Assembly: GCA_013265495.1 (NCBI GenBank)
Contig: MU058584.1
Span: 3,912,508 to 3,976,507, forward strand
Direction: 5' to 3'
Source of the DNA: Vicugna vicugna
Taxonomy: Eukaryota
Length of the DNA stretch: 64,000 nucleotides
The translations under genes were made by a program, and so were the position numbers. Within the stretch, counting starts at the first letter, position 1. Each line of letters begins with the position of its first letter. Below, in pieces: positions 1 to 12,175 of the stretch. The notes below the pieces were generated by a model. That model had not been told where the DNA came from. It searched no databases and was given only the letters and a program-made list of their open reading frames with translations.

Positions 1-344
1 AGGGGAAAAAAAGAAGAAGAAGAAGGAGAGATAACAATAGTGCTGACTTTCTAGGGTTGTTGGGAAGATGAGAGAATGTTTTTCGGAGTCTTTGCACGTT
101 ACCTCCATGGAAAACTCTTTCCTCGGTGTTCTCACTTTCTCCATTCACTTCAAAAGTCAGCTCCCAGCGAGGTGGTCCTTGCTCTCCCCGTGTAAAAGCC
201 ACTCCCTGACATCGCTCTCTAATTGCTTAACTGGTGCTACTGCTCTTCACAGCTGTAAGTACCATCTGCCATCTTATATGTGCATTGGTTTCTTTTTCTT
301 CCCTCAAAAGAATCTAAACTTCACCAGTACAAGGACTATTTCTT

Positions 345-482
345 TTTTCCTTTTCTTTGCGGCGGGGAGGGGTAATTGGGTTTATTTATTTTACTTATTT
401 TTAGAGGAGGTACTGGGGATTGAACCCAGGACCTTGTGCATGCTAAGCATGCACTCTACCTCTTGAACTATACCCTCCCCCC
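345..482 (-). mobile_element. Camelid tRNA-Ala-derived SINE (Vic-1-like)
   Basis: Reverse complement reads GGGGAGGGTATAG...GGTAGAGTGCATGCTTAGCATGCACAAGGTCCTGGGTTCAATCCCCAGTACCTCC, with A and B boxes and an A-rich tail. Confidence 0.85.
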
Positions 483-720
483 ATTTTCCTTCTTTTTTTT
501 TTTTAAATGGCTATAAATGTTTATTTCAACTAAAAAAAAAAAATGAAGCTTAAGCATTTCCAAAACTCCTGCAAACTAAGAGCAGCATCCTATAAGAAAC
601 ACCTGATAGAAAGATCTGAAACTCTTTGTCCAATTATTTTTTTCTAACTTGGTGATTAACTCAACTCTGTCCAGAGCATTTGAATAACATCTTGGAAATT
701 GTTAAAGTATATTGCCTACC

Positions 721-1530
721 ATTTTCTTTCTTTTTCTTTTTCTTATTGAGGTATAATAGACATACAACACTACATTCATGTCATGTGTACAACATGGTGA
801 TTCAATATTTGTATACATTGCAAAATGGTCACCACAATGTCTAGTTAACATCTCTCACCGTACATAGTTACGATAACCTTTTTTCTTATAATGACACTAT
901 TAATATCTACTCTCCTAGCAACTTTCAAATATGCAACACAATATTATTAACTATTGTCATCATGCTGTGCATTACATCCCCATGACTTATTTTATAACTG
1001 GAAGTTTGTACCTTTGACCCCCTTCACCCATTTTGCTCACGCCATTACCCCCTGCATCTGGCAACCACCAATCTGTTCTCTATAGCTCTGAGTTCAAGGT
1101 TTTTGTTGAGCTTTGTCTTTTTGATAGTGGCCATTCTAACAGATGTGAGGTGATATCTCACTGTGGTTTTGGTTTGCATTACCCTGATAATTAGTGATGT
1201 CTTTTCATGTACCTGTTGGTCATCTGTATGTTTTCTTTGGAAAAACGTCCATTCAGATCTTCTGCCCAGTTTTTAATCAGAGTGTTTGTTTGGTGTGTGT
1301 GTGTGCGTGTGCGTGTGCGTGCACGTGTGTGTATGTTTTGCTACTGAGCTGTATAAGTTCTTTATATATTTTGGATATTAACCCTTTATGTGGTATATGA
1401 TTTGCAAATATTTTCTCCCATTAAGTTGGTTACCTGTTCATTTTGTTGATATTTCCTTTGCTGTACAGAAGCTTTTTAGTCTGATGTAGTCCCACTTGTT
1501 TATTTTGCTTTTGGTGATAGATTCAAAAAA
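721..1530 (-). mobile_element. LINE-1 3' fragment (3'UTR and end of ORF2)
   Basis: T-rich tail, then L1 3'UTR-like sequence and ORF2-end motifs (GGCCATTCTAACAGATGTGAGGTGATATCTCACTGTGGTTTTG; TTTGCAAATATTTTCTCCCA). Confidence 0.8.
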
Positions 1531-1540
1531 TCATCATCAA

Positions 1541-1705
1541 CTGGGGAGGGATAAATTAGGAGTTTAGGATTAACAGATACACACTACTGTATACAAAATA
1601 GATCAACAAAGACCTACTTATAGCATAGGGAACTATATTCAATATCTTGTAATAACATATAATGGAAAAGAATCTGAAAAAGTATATATATAGATATAGA
1701 TACAT
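1541..1705 (+). mobile_element. LINE-1 3'UTR fragment (laurasiatherian/artiodactyl type), opposite orientation to its neighbours
   Basis: GGGGAGGGATAAATTAGGAGTTT...TATAGCATAGGGAACTATATTCAATATCTTGTAATAAC...AATGGAAAAGAATCTGAAAA. Confidence 0.75.
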
Positions 1706-1719
1706 ATATATGTATATAT

Positions 1720-2145
1720 CTCATACTTCCCTTAATATGATAATTTCCAGGTCCACCCATGTTGCTGCAAATAGCATTATTTCATTCTTTTTTATGACCG
1801 AGTAATATTCCATTGTATATATATACAACTTCTTTATCCAGTCATCTGTTGATGGACATTAGGTTGCTTCCATGTCCAGGCTATTGTATATAGTGCTGCT
1901 ATGAATATTGGGGTGCATGTATCTTTTCAAATTAGAGTTTTCTTCACATCTATGCTCAGCAGTGGGATTGCTGGATCATATGGTAAGTCTATTTTTAGTT
2001 TTTAAAGTAATCTCCATACTGTTTTCCATAGTGGCTGCACCAAATTACATTCCCACCAACAGTGTAGAAGGGTTCGCTTTTCTCCACACCCTCTCCAGCA
2101 TTTGTTGTTTGTGAACTTTTTAATGATGGCCATTCTGACTGGTTA
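1720..2145 (-). mobile_element. LINE-1 ORF2 3' end fragment
   Basis: CATCTGTTGATGGACATTAGGTTGCTTCCATG...GTGGGATTGCTGGATCATATGGTA...CATTCCCACCAACAGTG. The minus-strand ORF 1995-2234 contains the L1-like segment [18 protein letters not shown]. Confidence 0.85.
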
Positions 2146-3207
2146 GCATCATTTAAAGAGACTGCCTGAATGGGGACTTTACCTAATTTCATTCCTTGCC
2201 ATATTCCAAGCATCTGGAACAGTGCCTGGCACATAGTTGAGTGCTCAATAGATATTTGTTGAATGAATGAGTGGGGGTCTAGAGACTCCTTAAGAAAATA
2301 AAAAACCTTCCGCCTTCCCCACTTAATCTCACAGTGTCTCTGGGAAGAATGAGAAGTTTTATTTAAACTTGTTATCTCCTGAAGAGAAACTGTTTTAATT
2401 TGCTTGTAGCTTGAACCTTACCCTCCTATTCATGATTTTTTTTCTATCAGCACTCCAACCCCTAAAAAGAAAGAGAGAGAATTCATAAAGGGTTTGTGCC
2501 ATCAAAGAAATCCCCCTTTCTCTCACAGCCATCCTTCTGGGATAAACCTTAAGTCTGCAAAGCAAGGACAATGATGATTTCCTTCTTGCCGCCCAGAAGA
2601 GGACGAGGATGAATCCAGTGACAAGGCAAGAGCATGATGCGAGGCAGAGCTCAAGTCACAGAGATCCTGGGGGATGTGATTTCCTCTCTTCTTTCTAAAG
2701 CCTCTGTAAAATCTCCAGATTTGTGTTTCTGAGTTGTGACTGCTTTAAAGAATGTAAAATCGGAGACACTGCGTTTCCCACATGACTTCACCTCGGGCTA
2801 TGGGTGTGAGGCACAGTGCAGCATCTTCATGGGTTTACACTGGACTCCCAGGCTTGGGGAGGAGGGTGATGAAAAAGGACGACTATGGGATATAATGGTA
2901 GCTCCAGTGGGATTTGGAGCTTTGTGCCATAACTTTAAGCAACTCAGGCAGGAAAGATTGGAGAAACTGGAAAAGAAATTGCAGGAAAAAGAAGTGGAAG
3001 GAAATGCAAAACAGAGGAGGAGGAAGAGGAGAAACAGAGGGGACTCATGCTATCTTTAATACATGCTAAGCTCACGGGCTACCCCATCTACAGGGGCCAA
3101 GGGATATCTTCAGCTTAGTTTTTGGTCAGTTTAGGCCAATGACCTTCAAGTCTACACTTGAAGCAACCCTTAATCATTTGATGGAATTTCCTCCCTAGCT
3201 TATCTTA

Positions 3208-3870
3208 TGTTGGTATAAAGAACTGGTTATGTTGTAAAAAGTTTGATATTTTTTCCCCAAGTTCCTGGCATGGGCATGGAGCGTCTCATATCCTTGGGAT
3301 TTCCAGAGTGATAGAAGTGTCTTTGTTATTCATGAGCCCCTTGGCTCACTGTGCTATCATTATGTTAATGAGGTGACTCATTGCAGACCCCCACATAGCT
3401 TCTGAATGAGAGCTGGTCACCAGGAAGACCAACTGTGTGATTAGAGGGTTAGGTCTTTGAGCCAACTCAACCTCCAGGGAGGGAAGGGAGACTGGAGATT
3501 GAGTTTAATCATGGGGCCAATGATTTAATCAATTAGGTCCATATAGTAGAACTCTGGACACCAAAGCTGAGGGGGCTCTTCCTGGTCAGTGAACACTGTG
3601 ATGTGCAGAAAGGGTGATGCACCCTCATTCCGGAAGGAGAGGGCACGGGATCTTCCCAGACCTCAGCCTGTGTGTCTCTTCATTTGGCTGTTCCAGGTCT
3701 GTATCCTTTGTAATAAAACTGTACTTGAAAGATAATGCTTTCCTGAGTCCTGTCAATTGTTCCAGCAAATTATGGAACCCGAAGGGGTCATCAGAGTTTA
3801 TAGCCAATCAGCCAAAATTGCAGGTGGCCTGGGGGCCCCAGAAACTTGTGACTGGTGTCTGAATGGGCGC
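3208..3870 (+). mobile_element. Solo LTR, MER21-like
   Basis: MER21-type blocks TTATGTTAATGAGGTGACT, GGAGATTGAGTTTAATCA...CCAATGATTTAATCAAT, TCTCTTCATTTGGCTGTTC, and a poly(A) signal AATAAA near 3712. Confidence 0.7.
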
Positions 3871-4448
3871 AGAATTGCGGGGCGCACACGCATAATCGCT
3901 CTGTTAAGAAGCCTGCTTCCCCCTCCCTCCTAGGTCTCCGAGAGTCGGCCTGTGTGCCGCCCATCTCTGTATCTCCAGCACCCAGCACCCCGCCAGGCAC
4001 ACAGGAGGCACTCAAGGAATGTTAGGAGAGCCAATAGGTCATGAAAATAAACTTTTGAGGGCGGCCAGCCCAGAATGGATAACTAAAGACAGAGAGTGAA
4101 TTTCCCATAACTTCACTTGAAAAAATTATCAATCAATCTTTAAATAACGAAAGTTACACATACCAAGTGAATTTCTTGATTCTCACCATGAGCCCCACAG
4201 CAAAAACATCCCTCCTCAAAAGAGGGATGGGAGATTGTGGGGCACCAGCGGACACCTGGGGTGAAAATGCGAAGTTTGGGTACACACGTGTTTGTTGAAA
4301 GAGACGGAAACTCCTCAGGGGCAGGAGGTGCCTATTTCAAATATCTCAATGTGCATGTGGGTGCTGGAGCCAGGTGAGCAGATTTCATGAACAGTCCTAG
4401 AAAAATTACCCAGACCCTGTCCACAGGACAGAGTCGGAGCTACTCTCA

Positions 4449-4495
4449 GGAAAATGTCAAATCTGTAGGGAAAATGTCAAATCTGTAGGGAAAAT
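4449..4495. repeat. Perfect 20-bp tandem duplication (AAAATGTCAAATCTGTAGGG x2.3)
   Basis: 4451-4470 is identical to 4471-4490. Confidence 0.95.
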
Positions 4496-5808
4496 TGACA
4501 AGCCGTTCTGTTCATTTTTAAGCACCAGCGCTGCAGTGCAGTGTGGCGGTGCACAGTTCCACATCCAGCCAGAGCTTCCATAAATCCCTTTCACATTCCA
4601 ACCCATCTTAGCCTGGGGCCAGCCCCATTCTCAGCAGGACCTCCCACCAGCCTTCTCTTAATTCATCCTCCTCTGAGCAGCAGCCAGCTTTCTGTGTCGT
4701 TAATTGGTTGCAAGGTGGAAGGTGTGACAAGGAGAAAGATTAGATTCCGGAAGCTGCCGCAGCTTCAGGTTAGATGAGGATGGTTGATCTCTGGGAAGGG
4801 ACAGGTTTCCAGAGAGAGAACAGATTGGAAATGTAGGGGCAGAGGCTTTTTACAAACTGTTTTCCAGCTCCATGAAAGAGTGAAGGAGAGAGAACTCAGG
4901 GGGCCGACCCCACAGGGATGGTTGGATTTGGGGATGACTAATGCAATTACCCATTTGGAATTTAGCTTAGGAAACGAAAAGAAATAGGCTAGAGGTGACA
5001 AGCTTCAACATTCTTTTTGTTTGTTTGTTCCCAATTCTTTCCTGGTCAAAATCTGGGAAAGGACGTGGGGTGAAGGGAGCGGAGAGAGGAGGGTGAGAGA
5101 GAAAGAGATTCTCATTAAAAGGGAGGGCTTAAGGAGTGTGGTTAAGGTGGCTAACGCTGGCCCAGGGGCAAGATGGGGTATGAATTTTGATCTCCCCAGA
5201 TTTATGACTGCTGTGAAAAAATACGATTTTGAGGCAGGGGAGCACAGAAAGCCAGCCTGCTTTGTTCTGCTGAGTTGTTCGGGTAAGAGCAGAATAGACC
5301 TCACCTGAGCTTGGGAAGGCCTCATGTAGGGACCAGGGGAAGAAACCACCAGAAAACTGGCTTTAGACCGCCAGCTAGCAGGCAGCTGCTCTGTGAGGGC
5401 TCTAAGCTGTGCTGCGTCTGCCTCCTCCCTCACCCTGGCTTCGCCCAGCTCTCTCCAGGGATTGGACTCCAGGCTCTTCCACCAACTAGTTCCGTGGCTC
5501 CTACTTAACCCCACCCCAAAGCCCATCTGAAAATCCCTTCTGGGGAAAGTGCACCCACCCAGAGCCATGGTGGAGAGAACAGCCTGATCTCCACCATCAG
5601 CTAGGTATTTTTCAGCTCTAAAAAGACAGAGGAACAGTCATAGCCACGAGGAGCCTGATGGTGAGTGGGGTGAGCTGAGCCAGAGGATGGTGGCAACGCA
5701 GAGGAGAGAGTGCCCAGCGCTGCCAGGAGTTGGTCAAGGCTAACCAGGTAGTATGTCTTGACTTAAGAGTTTAAGCTCCGGATTTGAACAAGTCCCTCAA
5801 AACCTCGT

Positions 5809-5920
5809 GGGGTGGGGGCCATGGCTCAGTGGTAGAGTGCGTGCTTAGCATGCACCAGGTCCTGGTTTCAATCCCCAGTACCTCCATTAACCAAAAAAAA
5901 TTCTTTAAGTAAAAAAAAAG
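5809..5920 (+). mobile_element. Vic-1-like SINE
   Basis: TGGCTCAGTGGTAGAGTGCGTGCTTAGCATGCACCAGGTCCTGGTTTCAATCCCCAGTACCTCC followed by an A-rich tail. Confidence 0.85.
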
Positions 5921-7389
5921 AAACTTCATAGGGCTGTTCTAAGAATTAAATTAACAGAATGACGAGCTGGTTCCTGATCTACTGAAGGCTTATGTGCTAC
6001 AGGCTGTGGTAGGCACTTTCCATCTGTGAAGCTCATCAAATCCTCGGATCAACCCATGAGGCAGGGACAATCATGAGCCTCTATTTTTGAGATGAGGAAG
6101 CTGAGGCACCTGGATACCATCCGGTTAGTGGTGGGGCCAGGCCAGGACCTGGCCATCAGCTCCACGGTCTGCACTAAACTCTCCTGCCAGCTGCCTCCTA
6201 TGATGACTAATGTTATGACTGACGTAGTGGTTAAAATGGGTAGGCAGGCAAGGTGAGGAAAGCTATTATAGGGCATGCAACTTGACGGCCTGGACCTCAG
6301 AAGAGGTCTCCTGTGATGTAGACTTGAGGTCATCAGCATGGGGGGACAGGTGAAGCCTCCAAGCAGCCGTAGGGGAGAGGCTCTAGGGATGAGCACAAAA
6401 ACGGTCTCAGAGGTCTCCAGAATGGGGCACCCCGGATTCAGGGAGATAAGATGAGTCCCTTCTGGGGACAGAAGGGCCAGGGAGGCATTGACCAACTCTG
6501 TCCAGGAGGCCAGAGAACTCCTCCCCCAATTTCCCAAGGATTCATTCTATCAGTGGATGAACGGCTTCCCACTTTTCTCTCTGCTCCTCACAGCACTATT
6601 TTCCGGCCCTTTCTCCGGGTCCCAGAACACTGGGAGCCTGGACCTGGCAGTGCCCATTGCACCTCACAGTTCCGCTTGAAACAAATACTGCAGTGATGCT
6701 CACATGTTAGAGGTTCCCCTCCCCCATTTGGGTACCTCTCTATTAGGAAACTGACACACACAGGGTGTTCCAGGTAGCCCTCTCAGATTATGTAAGCAAT
6801 GAATCCTAAATTGAAAAATCTCAGACTGCTTTGCAAATGAGTTTGAACTCCTTTCTCCCACCTTATGCCAGCTGGCTCCTTTCCTAAGAGGATATAAGTA
6901 GCAGAAAAGTCAATAAAATCTGGATTTTTGCAAACTCATCCATAAACTGTTACCCAATCGCGTTGAATGGCTATTGGTACTCATTGAGGAACGCACACTC
7001 ACAGTCAGGCAGGCACCTCCGTTTTCTCATCTCAGCAGCCCAGGAAGGATGACTGTTGGTAGCCAATCATGTCCTTGGTTGAAAGGCTGAACCACTGGGT
7101 ACAAAGCACCTACTCCCATGAGATCACACAAGCAGCCATTCTCAGATACAGGGGCTTGCTGAAAGAGAGGACAGGGCTGTGATGCTCGGTGCTCCTCAAT
7201 CAGTGTATCTGGAGAGCCTATGGCAGGTATAGAGAGAGGGGACTGGACTGTAGCATCTCTCTCTCTTCTGTGCACTTACTATCCCAAATATACATCAGAT
7301 CTCTCTTCTACCTCCAGGAAACTTCCATTAACCCATATCTTAAAAAAAAAAGACCTTGAATTTAATTTGGAATATGGACAATCTGGAGC

Positions 7390-8230
7390 TGTATCAGCCA
7401 GAATAGGCTGAATCATGCTATAATAACAAACAACCGTAAAATCTCAAGGGCTTATAATCACAAAGATTTATTTCTTGCTCAAGTATTCCATCCATCTTGA
7501 ATCAGCTGTCATTGAACTCTATGCTGCCTTGATTCTAGGACCAAAACTGATGAAGTGGCCTTCATCTGGAACATAGCTCGTGTCATGATAAAAGAGGGAA
7601 TTTGGCAACCACAAGCTGGCTCCTAATGTTTCCACATTGTGAGAACCAAACCACATTACTTATTGTATTAGCTACTTACTGCTGTGAAACAAATCACTCC
7701 AAAACACAGTAGCTTAAAACAATACCACTTATTATCTCAGAATTCCCGTGGGTCAGAATTTCAGGCTGTGTGGTTTCCTTAAGGTCTTTCACAAGATTGC
7801 AGCTGAGGCAGCATCATCTGAAGACTGGGGCTGGAGGATCTACTTCCAACGTGACTCACTCACAAGGCTGGCAAGTTGGCGCTGGCTATTGTCTGGGGCC
7901 TCAGTCTCCTCCACATGCATCTTTTCATGGGCCGCTTTAATGTCCGCACAGTATACTGGATGACATTTCCCAGATCAAGTGATTCTATAGAGGAAGACAG
8001 AAGCAGCCATGCCTTTTATAACCTAACCTTTGAAATCATACACCATCACTTCTACCATATTCTATTGATCAGAAAGGCCAGCCCTGACGTGGTGTAGAAG
8101 GGGTTACACAAAGGCATGAATACCAGAAGCCACGATCAATAGGGGTCCTTTGGCTACCTCACTCAATACATTTCTTCGGCCAAAGTAAGTCTTGTGGGAT
8201 GGCAATGCTTTGCCCCTTTATGGAGAAGGA
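7390..8230 (-). mobile_element. MaLR MLT1-type LTRs (two, apparently nested or adjacent)
   Basis: Two MLT1 termini, TGTATCAGCCAG...AACAAACAACC near 7390 and TGTATTAGCTAC...GAAACAAATCACTCCAAAAC...AGCTTAAAACAA near 7664, plus internal MLT1 motifs. Confidence 0.7.
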
Positions 8231-9154
8231 ACTGAAATAGTCAACAAGCTGAAATATCACCTACCATGACTCATAGACTGTCTCTCTCTCTTTCTGACCC
8301 ATCACTAATCCAAGGATCTGTCTTTTTCCTGCTGCTGATTCTCAAAGTTCTTGCCTCTACCAACAACTTGGACGAATCCTGCTCAATTTTCCTCAGTAGG
8401 CTTAGGGACCACTTCCAGGAGAGCCATAGAAACGTAAAACTAAAAAGTCCTCAGTGGAATGAAGAAGGCTAGAGCTCAAAGGTGTGATGACTCTTAAGTC
8501 TCTTGGGGAAGGTGTGCTCAGGCCAGCGAGTTCTGCAGAGAACAATTAGGAAATGATCGAGGTAGAGCTTGGGGAGGAGCTAGAAGTAGACTAAGCCAGA
8601 CCCCTGTATGCTGGCCAGGACAGCAAGGCAAGGGTTTCAGGGTTCAGGGCAGGAAAAAGCAGCAAGTCAAATACAAAATAAACAGAATGGTGGAACCAGG
8701 AGGATGCCGTCCCTGAAGGCCGTGGTAAGTGCAATCACCATGCGCCATGTCAGGAAGTCAGGAGTCAAGGAGGCCAAGGACCAGATTCACAGCACCAAAG
8801 AGACTTCAGTTCAAGATAAATTCCTGTCTCAGATCTTAGAATTGTATTGTCCTCGGCTTTATCTTCTAGACATTCACATTCAGTATGGCCCAAACACACT
8901 TAACAAAACCAAGATTGTGACTTCTACAGTTGTGATTGCAATAATGATTTATGCAATTTTGATAACAATACAAAATCTACTGTGGGTGCTCCATACATTC
9001 ATACTGACTGCTAACTATTGTCATCAATTTTAAAAACAAAATATATTGGAAAACGTAGCTGGTCAGCATTGTTAGGGATCTAGGTCCTGAGTTTTGAGTT
9101 TCCCTCAACAATCAAAATTAATAACCTCACCAATGAAAGGAAACTTGGGGAGGC

Positions 9155-10030
9155 AGATTAGAGATGGCTGCAAATTTTTTATACTCCTTCTGTTGAGAAA
9201 TGGGGTTTATTTCCCTCTCCCTTTGAATCAAGGAATGTCTGGCTGCTTCGATCAACCGAGTCTGGTGGCAGTGACACTATGTCAGTTTGGGCTTGGCCAT
9301 TAGGAGGACTGACAGCTTCTGCCTTGGTCTTTTGGAACCCTAAGCTGCCATGTCTGATTACCCTACTGGAGAGACCATTGGAGAGGCGCAAGAGGACAAT
9401 GGAGAAGAAGAGAGGCCCAGCTGAGCCCCCTTTTCCAATCGTCCCCACCAAGCTCCCAGGGGAGTGACAACACTGTCTTGGATCTGACAGAACAGCCTAG
9501 CTGATACCTGAATCCTCCCAAGTAATGTCTTCCAAGCACACCCCTCCACCCTCCGCCGAGTCCTCGTAAAACTCCTGGCCTAGAAAATCATGAGATATGA
9601 TTAAATGACGTCACTTTTTTTTAAACAAAGTGAAATTCACTTAACATGAAATTAACCATTTAAAACTGCATTATTCAGTGGCGCTTACTATGTTAACCAT
9701 GTTGTAGAACCATCACCACCTTTTTCCAGTTCCAAAACAGTTTCAACACCCCAAAAGGAAACTCCATATTCATTAAGCAGTTACTCCCCAGTCCTCCCTG
9801 CTCCCAGCCCCTGTCAATCACTAATCTACTTTCTCTTTCTATGGATTTACCTATTCTGATATTTCATACAAATGGAATCACACAATATATGACCTTTTGC
9901 GTCTGGCTCCTTTCATTTAATATTTTCGAGGTTCTCCCATGTTGTAGCATGTATCCATGCTTCAGTAGATGTGTTTTGAACTCTAACTTTGGCGGTGATT
10001 TGTTATATAGCAGTAGATTCCCAAAACACT
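9155..10030 (+). mobile_element. MLT1-type LTR interrupted by an L1 fragment
   Basis: GATGGCTGCAAATT...TTCCCTCTCCCTTTGAATC at the start, and the terminal GTGATTTGTTATATAGCAGTAGAT near 10000 after the L1. Confidence 0.65.
9615..9962 (-). mobile_element. LINE-1 3' end (L1MB/MC-like)
   Basis: CTAATCTACTTTCT...ATGGATTTACCTATTCTGATATTTCATACAAATGGAATCACACAATAT. Confidence 0.8.
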
Positions 10031-10817
10031 TGGTTTGAGACTGAAAACTATAAATCTTTTTACCAAAAGTTTCCTGGTTCGAAGCCGCAGAGCTGAGGCT
10101 CCTTATGGAACCTCCTATATAAATTGAGTGCACTTAGCGTGCATTTCCATTTCACCCTCTTTCTTCAAAAGTAATATAAAGAAGCAAGGAGGAATGGGAG
10201 GGCAGGAGGTGGTCTTCCCTGCCTGCACAAGAATAGCTTCAAAGAAATAGCCAGAGATACAGAAGGACCCCTGCCTTGGCTGAGCTCATAGCCTCCAAGT
10301 GTGCATATGAGAAAACACATGCCTATTTATGTATTGGAAATCTCATTAGCATCTCAAGCTCCTACCATTTATGAAGCACTCTGAGTGCTTTCAATGAGAG
10401 GCCTGCAATTACGTGTCCTTACTGTTCTTAGCCCCAGGATCTGAGAGTCCACCCACAAATCTGGCTGCTTCTGTCCCATAATAAAGAAGCTGCATGGGAG
10501 GCTGTTTCAGCAGTAATGTTCAACTACTTACCACTGTGTAATTGAAGGAAATTAGAGGAGCCAGTTGCAGGCCGGTTGAGTATAATTTCCACATAGAATT
10601 TAACCAAGAGGCTCCAGGATCTCCTACTCTCAACCTACTCCCCAGTGCAAGAGAGGATAAGGGGGCATGAAGAAAAATTTTTGGACTAAAACTTAAGAAA
10701 ATACAACTTGGAAGCTGGCATCTCTCGAGATCCTTTTTAAACAGCTAAGCAACCGCTGTCCTCCCTGGCTCAAGTGTAGTCCCTTTCTGGGGGTGGTCCC
10801 CTGGTTGTACCCAAAAC

Positions 10818-10998
10818 TCTGGTTCTCAGACCAGTGCTGCACTGGCTGCATCAGAATCACCTGGGGAGTTTATAATACAGTCCCCAGACTCCACCCCCGG
10901 TGACTCTGATCCTGCAGGTCTGGCATCGGTCCAGGGAATGTGTACCTTTCTGAAAGCACCCCAGGTGATACTGATGCAGTCAGGTTTGGCAACCACTC
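10818..10998. mobile_element. MER5A-like hAT-Charlie MITE
   Basis: Internal inverted symmetry GCATCAGAATCACCTGGGG ... CCCCAGGTGATACTGATGC, with TGGTTCTCA and CAACCACT ends. Confidence 0.75.
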
Positions 10999-11464
10999 GA
11001 TGAATGTCGTCGACTGGTTCAATTCAATAAACCAAAAACACATGCTAAGACCGTACGATGCACCTGACATACCAAACCAACCAACACGGAGAGGAGTCAA
11101 TGTTAGTTACACTAATGCTCAATGTGAATACTGCCCTTTACTAGGGAGAAGACGACAGACACCCACATCCTTTATCATTGATTGTATCTAACAGAACCTT
11201 AAGCAAAATGGTGGTTTATCATAAGGAAACAGGGGTGTCTTAGAGAACCCAAGTTTCAAAGGCAATGGACTGGAATAAAAAACTAGAAGACTGTCAGGAA
11301 CCAGGGTGTTTTTCTACCACATTTTAATAAAAAAAATCTCTGTTTTTGTCATTACCACCCTCTTTTCCCTGCCACTTGGCAATCTCTGCTTCTCTGGACA
11401 AACACAGCAGGCTAAACCCCTGCTCTACCACACTTTGTTCTTGTTTCCAACAGTCTGGCTAGAA

Positions 11465-12175
11465 CAGGCAGAGGTTGCAAACTGGTGTTCTAAAGCACGT
11501 ATTGCCTGCAATGGAGTTTGCTCTGGACTACACGATTTTTTTAATGCAAAATGATTTTAACATTGTTAAATGGTGAGATTTCATGTGAAAGCCTGAATGT
11601 CGTACTCCTTCTGCAAATGTCAGACAACCTGGCAAACTGGGCTGACACGTGGCAACAGTTGGCTGGAGCTGAATAATAAGCATCCTTCTGTATGGAGCGT
11701 GTGCTCTCCAACCTACCCCAGTTTTCACCTCTCCCTACTTTACCTGTCTTTGTTAGTTGGCGCTGCTCTAATAAGGACACCCAGCGTGGTAGGGTTCTGG
11801 TGAGAGTCCCCAAGAGTCCTCTTCCTGGTTTTCTCACATGACAGGGAGAAAGAGAGCAAGAGCAAGAGTGAGAGCTTTCTCAGGTCTTTCCTTATAAGGG
11901 CACTAATCCCATTTATGGGGGCTTCACCCCCATGATCTAATTACCTCCCCAAAGTCCCATCACCAAATACCACCACATTAAGGATTAGGGTTTCAACATA
12001 TAAAGTTTGGAGAGACACAAACATTTGGTCCATAGCAGGATCACTAACCCCCAAGATCATGGGTCAGGTACTATCTACCCTAAAAATTGTGCTGTTGGTT
12101 TCCTTACACTTGGCCAACATCACTCAGTATGTTACCTCCTTCACCCTTACAGGCATTTGTGTTAGCAACCTGACT
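11465..12175. mobile_element. MER102-like hAT element split by an MLT1A-like LTR
   Basis: Begins CAGAGGTTGCAAACTGG, has internal ACAACCTGGCAAACTGGGC, and ends GGCATTTGTGTTAGCAACCTG near 12170. Confidence 0.5.
11745..12037 (-). mobile_element. MLT1A/MST-like MaLR LTR
   Basis: CTTATAAGGGCACTAATCCCATT...CATGATCTAATTACCTCCCCAAAG...TAGGGTTTCAACATA...GACACAAACATTTGGTCCATAGCA. Confidence 0.8.

Noticed and set aside
2736..3059. 107-aa ORF with a charged, coiled-coil-like C-terminus
   Set aside because: It arises from purine-rich low-complexity sequence, has a GTG start, and shows no recognisable homology or exon context.
4449..4495. Direct repeats as a CRISPR-like array
   Set aside because: Only about two adjacent units, no spacers, no cas genes, and a mammalian context.
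5812..5886. tRNA-Ala(AGC)-like sequence
   Set aside because: It is one of six diverged copies with A-rich tails (one with a clear TSD), so it is a tRNA-derived SINE, not a tRNA gene.
5800..5933. Possible TSD around the SINE at 5809 (AAACCTCGTGGG / AAACTTCATAGG)
   Set aside because: Three mismatches in 12 nt is too weak to assert.
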